Shown: positions 41,868 through 54,100 of the stretch, piece after piece
Numbering within the stretch: position 1 is the first letter of the stretch
How the letters are laid out: every line of letters begins with the position of its first letter
From: Sphagnum compactum
Lineage: Eukaryota
Reading direction: 5' to 3'
DNA length: 64,000 nt
Assembly: GCA_965153455.1 (NCBI GenBank)
Contig: OZ234493.1
Span: 17,598,213-17,662,212 of the forward strand
Notes under the pieces: model-generated
Database searches by the model: none
The model's input: the letters and a program-made list of their open reading frames with translations, nothing else
Told to the model about the DNA's origin: nothing
Position numbers and translations under genes: made by a program

Positions 41868-44237
41868 TCAAGCAACAGTGAGGTCATCAGTGTAATGAAC
41901 ATGGAGAACTGGTATTAAGAAATCGAGTTCCATGCCAGCCTCACCAAAGTCTTTGGACTCATTGATTACCCCATTATCACTCAGACACTGGGGCATATCC
42001 AAGAGAGAAAAAGCTTTGGACTTGAAATCCACAATCGCTTTCCATTCATAGCTCATCGCATGTGCATTGTTATCTGCATACCGGATCAAAATCTCAGAAA
42101 TGGATTCTTCACACGGCACCTGAAAAAATTATGCCAGATAAGAACAATTATGCTCTGAGTACAAAACAACATTTTAGCTGTTGTGTTACAACAGTGTAAC
42201 CGTGGAAAAAAATTCATGGTTCTGAGTTACCCAATGTTAGTCTCTTCTGTTTCTTGAGCACTAACATCCTGCAGTCATCTGCTCAAGAAATTCAGAACCC
42301 TTTCGGAGGTTGATTATAAACTTCAGGGATTGATTTGTGCTTCAGAGGTCTACCTTCAACATTCCAGGGTATAGACACAGATCAATCACAACAGCCAGCA
42401 TGACTATGAGTTCACATGTTGACTTTGTTTCCTAGAACCCATTACAGGAAAACTTCTAGGTGTCAAGAAATTTGAATTGCTGAATTCAGTGCATACCTCC
42501 ATGGTGTATGTATGGTCGAGGAGAACATTTTTTATGCGTATCAGGCGAGTTTGGTAGCTCAGCTGCCCAATTATGTAAGCAGGATCTTGCCACCATGGCT
42601 TCTCATAATCCATTGCATAATCTGTGCGAGGATCAAGCGGTGGAATATGTGTGAACCTTCCCTGTACACATCTGAGATCCCTGTCAAGTTTTTCCCCTTC
42701 CTAGGTCATGTAAAATGAACCCAGGATGGTTCATCAACATCTAGTACTACAAGAAGAAAAGAAGACTTCTCTCCTGTTCTGTTGTTTCGTTTGACAATGT
42801 TTTCTAGAAGGAGGGAACTCCAAAGGATTTTGAAACTGTAAAACATTCAGAGAAGAAACAGTGCTATGTTTTTCTGCTGTGATCCAGAAAGAGGGCATTA
42901 TCCTCTTTCTTAACATCAATACGCAAGGTCAATTTGGTAGAATGGGGGACAGGAGAATACTGAGGGAAGGAATTGCACCAGGGGAGTGTAGAAAGTGTTG
43001 ATCCGCATCACAGGATGAAAATACATAACAACTTGAAGCTCATCAGTTAGAAAGCTCCTTGGTTCAAACCAGTGGCTTACATCTTTCCCAGCATTCCTAA
43101 CAATCAGCTGTCCACACACACAAGTGCAGATCCTTTTAATTCTCAAAACTAATCTGCTTTCAATAACTTCAAAGATACACTGTGAACCACATTGCAGTGT
43201 AATTCCATCCTTTCTCATATCAAGCCTGTAAGGTGGCACTGTTGAGTAAAATCCCATTAGACACATTCAGTGTTAACCAGATTACAGTCTAGAAGTTGAA
43301 GCTGCTGCTGCAACAAGTCCCATGCTGAACCATACCACCATTTCTGGTCAGAAAGTCACAATGACTCTTGTCATCATCAGAAGCAATTTTGCAGCAATCG
43401 TGCTGGAATGGCTGCATTGCAGTATGAAAAAAAATTCTGCTTGCTGGAACACATTTAAGGTGTAACTTAAATTCTTTGTGTCAGTTTACAAAGTTTAGGG
43501 AAATGGATATGGATGCACTGGGGATTGTTCTTGAAAGATGTTGCAACCAACACTGCTTGCAAGAAGTGTGCTACAACAACAGGATCAAGAGTAAAATCTA
43601 TTTCCCAAAGAGGAACCCATGTACCCAACATCCCAAATCCACGACAATAGCAGAGGTCTCAGAGGAGGAAACATTTTTGGCATTGGGTTCTACCAGAAAG
43701 TAGAGAGTCATGAGAGCAGAAGAAGAGTTTTGTTTGTTTGTTTTCCGACCTCATTAAGGACTTCAGGATTTTTGGGGAGTAAGGAGGTCAAATCATATAC
43801 AATGCCCTGGATGGTTATCCAGCAATCAGCAATTGTGCAATGGGTTCCAACTTCTGCAGCTGTGTACCACCTGCAACACACAAAGAATGAATGGGATTAG
43901 CCCCTGATTGGATCAATCATACATACATACATACAATGGAGCAGCAGACAGATTGCAGCAGCAGCATCAGAGTATGTGCAAGGGCACAGTTGCAGAATCA
44001 TGCGACAGAGGAGAAACAACATGCACGAAATAGCAGCAATGGAAACATTTGGACGAGGCAAATCTTTTGTTCTTGTCCGGAGAATTGTTTGAGCAGCAAA
44101 AGAAGAGCATTACATATAAACACACATAGTTTGTAAGAATTTTTCAAGGAGGTGAAGGATTGGAATCACCCGCTTTGACGCCTTTTGGTACTCTTCGCAT
44201 TCCGGAGTTCCATGTATGGAACAACGGCCATCTCCAT
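41868..44237 (-). CDS. CYB5D1: Cytochrome b5 domain-containing protein 1 (CYB5D1-like axonemal protein), ~244 aa, 5 exons
   Basis: Exons 44170-44237, 43750-43870, 42979-43107, 42497-42661 and 41868-42119 join in frame (735 nt). Motifs WYTAAEV.THCT..DCW...G.VYDLT, NAGKDVSHWF, YTP.GRF.HIPP, PWWQD, IRIKNVL, Y...NAHA.SY.WK and C-terminal HYTDDLTVA. Confidence 0.88.
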
Positions 44238-45117
44238 TGTGAAGTTTTTTTTTAATGAAGAAAAGCGATGGTTGAACAGAGAGACTGTGGCAAAGAATGG
44301 CCAAAGAGTGGCGGAAGAGTCTCGAGAATTCTTCAACAATCCGGCAAAGAAAAACGAACAAAAAGAAAGGGGAACAAAAAAGGCTCTCTAAGAGACAGTC
44401 ACTGCAGTAGTTGCGACAGAATGCGAAGTGCGGAAGCAAATGTTTGACGCATCAAAAGGTCATGGTCGTCTCAGTTAGTACAAAGATCCGTGGCAAGGAG
44501 ACAGAGAACGGGAGAACATTTTCTCGAAAATGTGCGTCATCGCAGAGCGGCGGTGGAGATGTTTAAACGCGGCCATGAATGAAAGAAAGCAGTAGAGACA
44601 GAGCTCAGCAGCAGCAACGCAGCAAGAGAAAAGCGCGGAAGTTATCCTACACCAGGCAACGGCGTCCAGAAGAACAAAATCGTGCCATTCTGATGCCGCT
44701 GATGATCTTGGGACATTCGCTCTCCATAACACTACTACTGTTGATCCAGGAAGCAAGTATCAGTGATCAAAAACAGCTGCTGCTGATGATCTTGACGTGC
44801 ATCTGTCCAAGAGTGTTGATTCAAGAAGAACGAAGCAGCAATCAAAGGCTTATGATGAGAATGCTCCAGTTTCCTCTTGTATTCATTCAAAACACAGAGC
44901 GATTTACACAATTGAACAATAGTGGAAGGCCTAGCAAGGACTTCTTCATAAAACAATCTACTACTAGCAAATCAAATCTGAATCTATGTGCCCACGATGT
45001 GTGGGGCATCTGTACTGAGCCACCCCCAATCTCATGAGCAAGATTGAGCAAGAGGAAAGGAGCCATCACATCCTGCAACATAGAACTTGCTAAATCTGAT
45101 CATGATGATACTAGAAT

Positions 45118-48100
45118 CTAGAAATTCTCTTTATCCGATGCTGGAGGAGAGCTCCTGAAGCCAGCAGAGGCTGGTGGATGCATTGGAAGCTTTAAGTTCA
45201 ATGGAGCATTGGGTTGTTGAGGTTTTTTCTCCCAGCTCATTGTCTGAATTGGAGGAGCTGATGGTCCCTTATTCTGGTGCTGCTGATTCAAGGGAGTGAG
45301 AACCGCACGCCTTGCAATGAAGCCTGATGATAAAGAGTTCAGATTATTATCCCCAGTGCTGAAAGGTCTTGCTTCAGCTGCCACTGCAGCGCTTGATTCG
45401 GTGTGTGGCTTCTTTCGCACCTGAACACAAAACCTCTGTTCGTTTCAATCTCTTTTGCTCAGCCCATGACTAATAACAGCAGCAAGGCGAAAGCTATGGC
45501 CTATGGGAAAAGGCTAAGATCCACACTCTCAAATCAGAGACAGACTCATCACAATAATCACCTCTTCATATGTGACTTTCGCTTGGAACTTGTTCAAGAA
45601 ACTCAATAAGTTGATCTGAGAAGCATATTGGAGTGAGTGACTGAGTGAATAAAGCAGGGAGAGGTACATAGTACATACCGGGAGCGTCAAAGCCTCTGGA
45701 CGAGACTGGAGAGTTGCTGATGGTGGTGGAGGATCTTCACAAGCATTGGATGTGTAGAGATCATTTCCAAGGCCTCTTGACATCTGCAACTTCTTGAACA
45801 GTCTACCAGTCTGCACTCAAAATTACAGTCTGAGATTTTCAGTACCCAAGGCATTGTAGTTTGTGATGGGCTGAAATTATCATCACAATGGATTGTTGGC
45901 TGTATCAGAAGTTGTACATCAAATCAAGACCTCAAGCAGAGCTTCCCAAAACATCTTCTCTGAACAATCACTAAATTATTTGTCACAATCACAACAAACA
46001 AGCGGGAATCAATGAATAGCACATGCCAGCATCTTAAGTTCCTGAACTGATTTTCCCACAGCAGGTGGTGCATCTGCCATTTGGGTTTCCTTGTTGGGCA
46101 TGGCTGATGTTGTTGGTGGTATCATAGTTGCTCCAAGTTTCTGTCCACTTAAGACCTCACCCTGCTCAGAAACCAGCTCCAGCTCAAACTTTGCTGTTTG
46201 TCCCTCCAGCTTATCCAAATTAGCCTGCAGGTCATTAAGGAGGCAGTGACAAAGGCAACACTTTGATCCTCAGTATTGAATACTACTACTCTAAGATGCA
46301 GTTGTTTGAGAGAGGATTAGTGGTGGTGCTCTTACAGTTTCTAAATTGCATGCTGTGATAATACCAATATGTATTGTTTCTGGCGTAATCAATCCTGCCA
46401 CAATGTGAAGTTTATCGGAAGTACAGTATTGAAAATGGCAAACTGATGCAAGCACAATGTATCAAGGTCCAGGATGGATATGTACAAGCATGAACAATGA
46501 GTACCTTAAGATCAATTATAGCTGCTTCCTTTGTCTTGAGGATCTCTTGAAGCTTTCTGATCTCTTCCCAGAGTGCCTGCAATCAAACAAAAAATTGTTA
46601 TCTGCCAGTCATTGAACTCATAAACTCAGTTGTTGAATAAAGTCAAAAGACTCAAGAGCCTTCAACCTCTGTGTTAACCCAAATGAACTATGTTCTCAAG
46701 GCAAGTTGGAGCTCATAAATCATAGATGGAGAATTGAGATCAAAGAAACAAGGTAACAAGCAATTCTCAATGCCCGTGTCAATTTAGTTCAGTTTCTAGG
46801 CATGGCCAAACCTTATTATTTTGCTCTGCTTTCCTCACTTGCAGCTGCAATGTCTCATTCTGGGAGATGACCTCAGCCACCTGCTTTTGTCTCTCCAATT
46901 CTTTCTCTGGTCTTGACTCATTCCTCTTCACCATTTGAAGCTCATCTTCACAATTTTGACATTGCCTTCTGCATACATGGGAGAGACAGATTGTGACACT
47001 ACATGGAGATGTGTCAGGACTGAATGTGCAAATTACAACGTATGAGTTTTCCACATACAAGTCCAGAAGGGTATACCTGAGATTCTCAACCTCCACATGG
47101 AGTTCCACAACTTCTAACCTAGATGCTGCAAGACTAGATTCTGCATTCTGTCGCTGTTCTTTGAGCTCTATTATGTCCACCTCTGCATCTTCCCAACGGC
47201 CCTGGAATACTTCCATTCGGTTGCGTACAGCATCCAATCCTACTTCAAGCTTTAAATTTTGAGTGAAGTAGTCATCATTTTCCTGCAGTCAAAGTTGAGC
47301 AAAATTTTAGGTCTATTGAAAGGTTTGTCACCCTTGAACAATACATGTTGAAACACGATCATGTGTTTTGGCAACAAAACTGTTTTAGGGCAAGGTCTGA
47401 GTTTTGTGAAATGTTTGATGTTAAGAAGGCCTACCTTTTCCAGAAGAGATCCTTTGTCTTGTGCTTGTTTGAGCTCCTTCGTACTGTCTTGCAGCTGCTT
47501 GTTGAGCTCCTCCATTCTAACATCAGAATGAAGAATCTTGAGGATTAGGTGTCAGAAAATGGTGAGGTTATGGAATAAAATGACAAGGTCATCTGATGCT
47601 TTTCAACCTGAGACCCATGCACAGCAAAGAGTGTGAAATGCTGAGAGGGGATACTCTCTTTTACCGTGAGTTCAACTCTGCAGTCTGCAGTCTCAAGGAC
47701 TTCCTTTCCAAGCTAACTTTGTCTAGTTGTGCTTGAAGCTCATCAACTTCCAAACCAAGTGTCTTGATATTCATTCCAGCATTATCAAGCTCTGATAAAA
47801 GTGTTTCCTTGACACCAATGGCACTGCGCAGCTGTAGCTGAAGCTTTTCCACCTGTGAAGGAACTGTAAAGTGAGAACACACTGATTGGATCCTTGTAGC
47901 TTGTGCCTCTGTGTGTCAATGTAGTGTCCCTCCACAACAAGAAAGATGTAACAGATACAGCAATTCTAGGTATTAAAAAACTTAAATGTGGAACAAGATT
48001 CATCGTGATCTCAAATGTTTCCTTGTCAGAAACTCTTAGTCAAGGTTCCATTGTGCACTTTATGTATAAATGCCACTGGTGAAGTTTGTAGCATACCTGA

Positions 48101-51100
48101 CTTTCTGCCAAGGAGGCTGCTTGCCCTTTATTTCTACAATCTGCTTCCAGTTTAAGAACATAGTCCTCAAGCTCTTGTTGCTTTTGCTCCTTCATGAAAA
48201 ACAAAAGAACAGTCAACAAGTCTGTCACAAAGCACAGATGCAGGGAATCCACAAACTAACTTAAGCACAGAGATAATAGTCAGGACATAAATGTCTGTCC
48301 TTACTCAGAATCAGGAAATTGGTACCAACCAGTGCAAAAACGTGTTCAGCACATGGAGCTCGAGCAATTTCAGCCATACTCTGCTCGAGCATCTCGTTCA
48401 GCTGCAGTACCTCCTCAGAAAGCTTCATTCTCGCATCATGTTCTCCTTTCAGTGTGGAGTTTGCATACACAATCTGCTCCTCCAGGTCTTTGCAATTTAC
48501 CTGGCTTCTCTCAAGTTTTTCTTTCTCAAAAGCAATTGCTTCCTCCAGCTTTCTCTGGCACTCTTGCTGGTCTTCAAGACTGGTGCTCAACTCCTTAACC
48601 TGCACCATGCACTGTTTTAGGACATTGCACATGCAAATTCTCTGCACAGCTGAAAATTCACAGCCAATAATAAAATCTGAACAGTATTTCAGGGAGGTGC
48701 AGGAATATACCTGTTGCTCAAGCAAAAGTGAGTTCTCAGTACTTTCTTGCAGTGCTTGCTTCAGCTTGCACATTTGTTCTTGGAAAGAATCTTCTGCTTT
48801 GAGAGCAGCCTCTTGCAGTTCCTTAAGCTGTTTGACAGTATCCATGTGAAAAAGTTATTCACAAGCATTTGTTGCATGAGATGAATGTGAATACCATCTG
48901 TTATGCAATCAACCTCCTAGTCAATTTGTTAGCAACAAAGAATATACTTGTTTCTCATTATGGCCAATTTTTATGGCACTATCCTGAAGTGTTTGCTCCA
49001 ATTTCACCACTTGCTCTTGTAGACAGTCTTTTGCAGTAACTACATCTTTGTAAGATTTCTGTAGCTGATACAAATCCAAGAACATGTCAACATTCTGCAA
49101 ACAAAGTCAGCTTTAAAAGCACTGTAATCAAAGATTCTCTAAAATTCTCTGCACAGCTGAAAATCCACAGCCAACAGAAAAACTGAACGCCACATATATT
49201 TTGGAACCGTGAAGGCATATACCTGTTGCTCAAGCAAAAGTGAGTTCTCAGCACTTTCTTGCAGTGCTTGATTCAGCTTGCACAGCTGTTCTTGGAAATA
49301 GTCTTCTGCTTTGACAGCAGCCTCTTCTAGTTCCTTGAGCTGTTTGACAGTGTACATGTGAACAAATTATTCACAAACAATCTTTGCATGAGATGAATGC
49401 AAGCACTCTAAAATTGACCCAATTGTTATGCAATCAACCTCATTATCACTTTGTTAGCAGTGAAGTACATACCTGTTTCTCATTATGGCTAATTATTATG
49501 GCACTATCCTGAAGTCCTTGGTCCAATTTCACCACTTGTTCTTGTAGACAGTCTTTTGCGGTAGTTGCATCTTTGTAAGATTTCTGGAGCTGATACAAAT
49601 TCAAGAACATGTCAACATCTCACTAAAACCAAAGTCACCTTCAAGAGCATTGTAACAGATTCCCTATGCATCAGAAATATGGAATGCATCTGGATAACCA
49701 ACCTGATCAAGCTGGTTGATAAGTTGTGTTATCTCCTGGTCAAGTCTTTGGCACTCTGCATCATGATTGCTTCTCAGTAGAGCCCATGCTGCCTTCTCAT
49801 CCTCAAACTCAAAAAATGCATCTGTAAGTTGCTGCATACATATACCAACAATCCAAATGTCAAGAATCTATGTGTCAACAGTCTCTGTGTCTTTTGCTCT
49901 TGAAAGAACAAGAGATCTCCGTGTCCATCACGAGTACAAACATAAGTCCACTGGATCAACCTCAGAATAAGATATCTGTGCAAAAGAAACTCCCTTTTGA
50001 TGATGTCACAAAAGGAAAGTCGGGCCCAAGGTTGGAGGGTAAAAGAAACCAGTCTATCAACACCAATCATTTTGAGCTAGAATTGTTTCTGTGATGATTC
50101 TCTAGCATAATATTGTTCTGAACCTTTAAGTTAGCATCTTCTCTTTATATTCACCTGGGTCAACTTGTCTTTCTCCAAAGCAAGGTCCTTTGCCAGTTTT
50201 TCAGCATCTTTGGATGCAGTTCCACAATCCTGCAGCTTCAGTACCTGGATCAAGGAGTAAAGCGTTATCAAGAGCACACCATGTGACATGATGTAGCAAC
50301 AATTCTCCACATACAAGAAGAATAATGAACCCCTCTTGCTACATCTGCAACAAGAACACATCTGCCCATAAAAATCATTTACCACCTAGAAATTAGGCTT
50401 TTGTTCATGCATTGGCTCTTTTAGAATTTAGAATTATGTTATCCTTCATAAGCCACTGACATGAAAGATATGATGATTTTAGCAGGTGATTAAATTAAAT
50501 ACCAGTGACAAATGTTCTGCTTGCAGAGCTTCTAATTCAGCAGCAGTAACCCTCTGCTGCTCCAAAGCCACTTCTAACTCTTTGGCAACCTTCTCCATGC
50601 CATCAGCTGCAGATTCTTTCTCTTGACCCAGGACAGTAATTGCCATCTCTGCCTCAGCAAGTTTCTCCTTGACGGCCGTCAAGTCACATTCCATCTCAGA
50701 CATTGCAAATTCAAGTTTTGCATATGTGTCCTGCCAAACAAAGCATGCCCAAATTAGATTCAATGGGAAGCTAATAAGAGAGCCAGAACACAACCATGGC
50801 AGAGAGAGTCAATTCTCATTAAGTGGAGGACCACACAACCAGGTTAAACTCCATGATGGACTGGAGAAACAACCAAGCCTTGTCTAGGTGTTCGCACCTG
50901 TGAAAGCTGCAGGTCAAAAGAAGTCTTCTCAAGTTCAATAGTTTTCATCTGCAAGGCATGTTCTGCAGTTGACAACTGGGCCTTAGTTTTGTTGAGACCA
51001 GTTGCTATAGATTCCCGCCGTTTGTCAACAATAGATTCACGCTTATTGAGCAATGCCGTACTCTGTCGCAGCTGCTTCAATTCCCGATCTATGTTCACTT

Positions 51101-54100
51101 TCTCAGCCTGTAAACCCAAATCCAGGAGCATGAATCGGCAGAAGCCTCCACATGGAAGAAATGAGCATAACCAAAGCAAAGAATCTGGAGACTTCAAGAA
51201 CATGATTTTCTGGAGAGAGCTCAAAGAATTTTACCTCAACTTTGCTTTTTTCAATCAAGGTTGATTTAAGCTTGGCCTCGATGTCTTTCATCTTGACTTT
51301 TAGCTTCTCAAGCTCCTTTCCCAGTCCATCACGTTCTTTTTCTAGAGCAGCTGGAGCTGACTTTGCAGCATTCAACTCCTTGCGGAGCACCAGGATGTCT
51401 GACCTCAATTGAGCTGCCTCTGTGAAATGCAACTGTTTCTGCACCTGAAACCACATGCAGAAACAAATAAAAGTTTCTGAGCATAAGGTGTGTTGCACAA
51501 GATACATACTTGCTCTACAAATTACTTAGTGCAATGCCTATGTGGCAATAAGCAAACTGCTGAACTTAATTGATATGCACCCGACTCACCTCCTGTTTGT
51601 TATTTGCCTCTATTGTAGCTGATCTTTGCAATACCAGCTCTGCTTCCCTCTCTGCCAAGGTCTTTTCCATTGCACACTGCAACTCACACAACAACTTATC
51701 AGACCCAATTCAGAACTTCAGTTGGGTGCCACTCTTATACATTTCTGAACCAAACATCAATATCAGTCAAACACAATAGTGTACCAAAGAGATTGTTGAC
51801 ATCATGTTGCAAGACTTTACTATGGATCTCGTTACATTAAATTATCAACATCATGCAAGGACCACGAACCTTTTCTGCTTCCAACTGTTCAATGTTCTTT
51901 TGTAGTAAAGTTTGCTCCTTGGAGTTCTCTGACAGAATGGAGTGAACCGCTGCCAACTGTTTTTCCTGATCATCAATCTCCAGGTTTGCTCGAGCTAGTT
52001 TGGTTTCAAACTCACTCAGCTCCACTTGCTGCATCTCAAGTTTATGCTTAAGACCCTCCATCTCTGAGTTTTCATTTACAAGCTCTGATATCCTATCTGT
52101 GAGCTGGGTTTCTTGCTGCTCCATCTTTTCAGCAAGCCTATTCATGTCATGTTGTATAACTTCACATGATTTTTGCAAATCATCTCTCTCTCCCTCCACC
52201 TTCCTAAGAGTGGATTGCAACAGCTCCTGCTTCTTCAAAAGGGCAAGCTTCTCTTCAGAATTTTCGAACACAGATTCCTCCAGTTCATGCACTCTGACTG
52301 CCAACTCTTGCTTCACAGCAGCAAACTGTGTTTCAAGGTTCTGCATGTCAATGGAAAGCATCTCAAGAGTTGCATTTTTCTGAGATAGAAGTGTGCCCAT
52401 TTCTTCATTTTCAACCCTAGAACTACTACACTCAGACCTTGCCAGCTCCAGGTTCTTCTCCACCAACTGGAGCTCACAAGTTCTTGACTCCAAATCTGCC
52501 TTGGCAGCAGCTGCCTCTGATTTGAGATGTACAATCTCCTCTTCAAGAAATTGCCGTCTGTCTTCTGTCTCAGACAACCTCAATTGCAATTCCTTTGTGA
52601 CCAGTGCGGCTTGAGCAGCTGCAGAATTTGCCTCCTCCAATGCACTAACTACTTCCTCATTGTCCCGCCTCTGCCTTGCCAACTCTTCATCAAGTGCCTT
52701 CAGCTCTTCTTGAGCCTCATCATTTTGTTTCTTGATTAGCATTCTCTCTGTCTCTGCCAAAGCTACTGTCACTTTCAATGCATCCTCCTCTCTTTGAAGA
52801 CGAAGCTTCTCCTCCTGAAGTGCATCCAATTCTGCTTTTGCACTAATCTTTTCTGCAGTTGTGGCTTGAAGCTCCTGTGAAACTAACAGTAAGAAGCATT
52901 TAAGCATGATAACTACATGGACAACTTTTGGACATGGGCACAGAAAGCTGCTCTCTTTTATCTGTTCCCACTCATCCTTGCCATACAAAGCTGAAGAAAA
53001 ATAGCACATCATGATGGTCCCTTGCACTAGATAAAATGAAAAGGTGATGGTCTGCAAGGAATACATGCTGACCTGTGTGAGCTTCTCCATCTCTCGAGCA
53101 GCTTCAGCGATTAATGCTTCAGTACTTTGGAGAGAAGTTTCACTTTTACCAAGTTTTTCAACCTGTTTGCATAACCAAGATTCAGTGTAGTATATGAAAA
53201 CAGCATCAAATTAGAGAAGTAGACCATGAAGAGATCTCCACTCACTGACATCCCACCATAGCATGTCAATGAGAACTGCTTCTCAAACTTGTTGATTTTC
53301 ATGAAAGCATATGGAGAATTCATTAATCTAAAGATCACTCCAAAACCAATGACCTGGCATCAAGGGAGTGCATGTACTTCATTGAAGTCATGAATATACC
53401 AGTATGCTGTGTTCATGCTCAAGAACGTTCACTTTGATTCTCAGGGATGCCATCTCCTCAGCTGCTCTCTCTGCATTCTCAGTTGCTATTTCCTTTCCTT
53501 GACTTAAAACAGGTGACACATGTTCAGCCTCTGCAAGTTTCACTTCTGGTGACTCAGAGATAGCTGTTCCCTCAGCCGTTGAATGCTCATAGTTGGCATT
53601 GGAGTCCTATAATGGGAACACAAAACATCAGAATCTTCCACAACATCCCCTTAATGAAACTTCTGATACAGAAGACTGCAATCTGCACTTGCACAACTAA
53701 AAATGGATGCAAGCACAGACAGAGATGGAATATCTTTATGGACAACTTGACAGCCAAAGCCAGGAGCTTGGAGCTGATAGGAAACTGCAATCTGCGCTTC
53801 TTAAACAGAATGCTATCAGTTGTCAGCTGTGCAAGTAAACATGATACTGTTCTGTTCCAAAAGTCCAGACTGCACTCTCCAATTGGCTTCCACAAGCTCA
53901 TGGCCTTGGCTGTCAAGTTGTCCATAAAGAAGTTCCATCTCTGTCTGCACTTGCTCACATTTTACCATCAAGACCTCTCTTTCCCTCCACAACTTGAAGA
54001 CAGCTTACCAGCTCTTCTTCCTTCCAATTGAAAGCAAGCTTCTCTTCAGCATGCATTTGCTTGGCTTTGTCCCACTCAGATGCACTCTTTGCCATGGCAG

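Noticed and set aside
44579-45037. 152-aa plus-strand ORF between the CYB5D1-like gene and the kinesin
   Set aside because: No recognisable domain or splice structure; it lies antisense to the expected kinesin 3' UTR / CYB5D1 promoter.
53955-54008. Premature stop suggesting the kinesin is a pseudogene
   Set aside because: A strong in-frame GTAAG donor at 54008 splices out the stop, and the downstream exons remain open.
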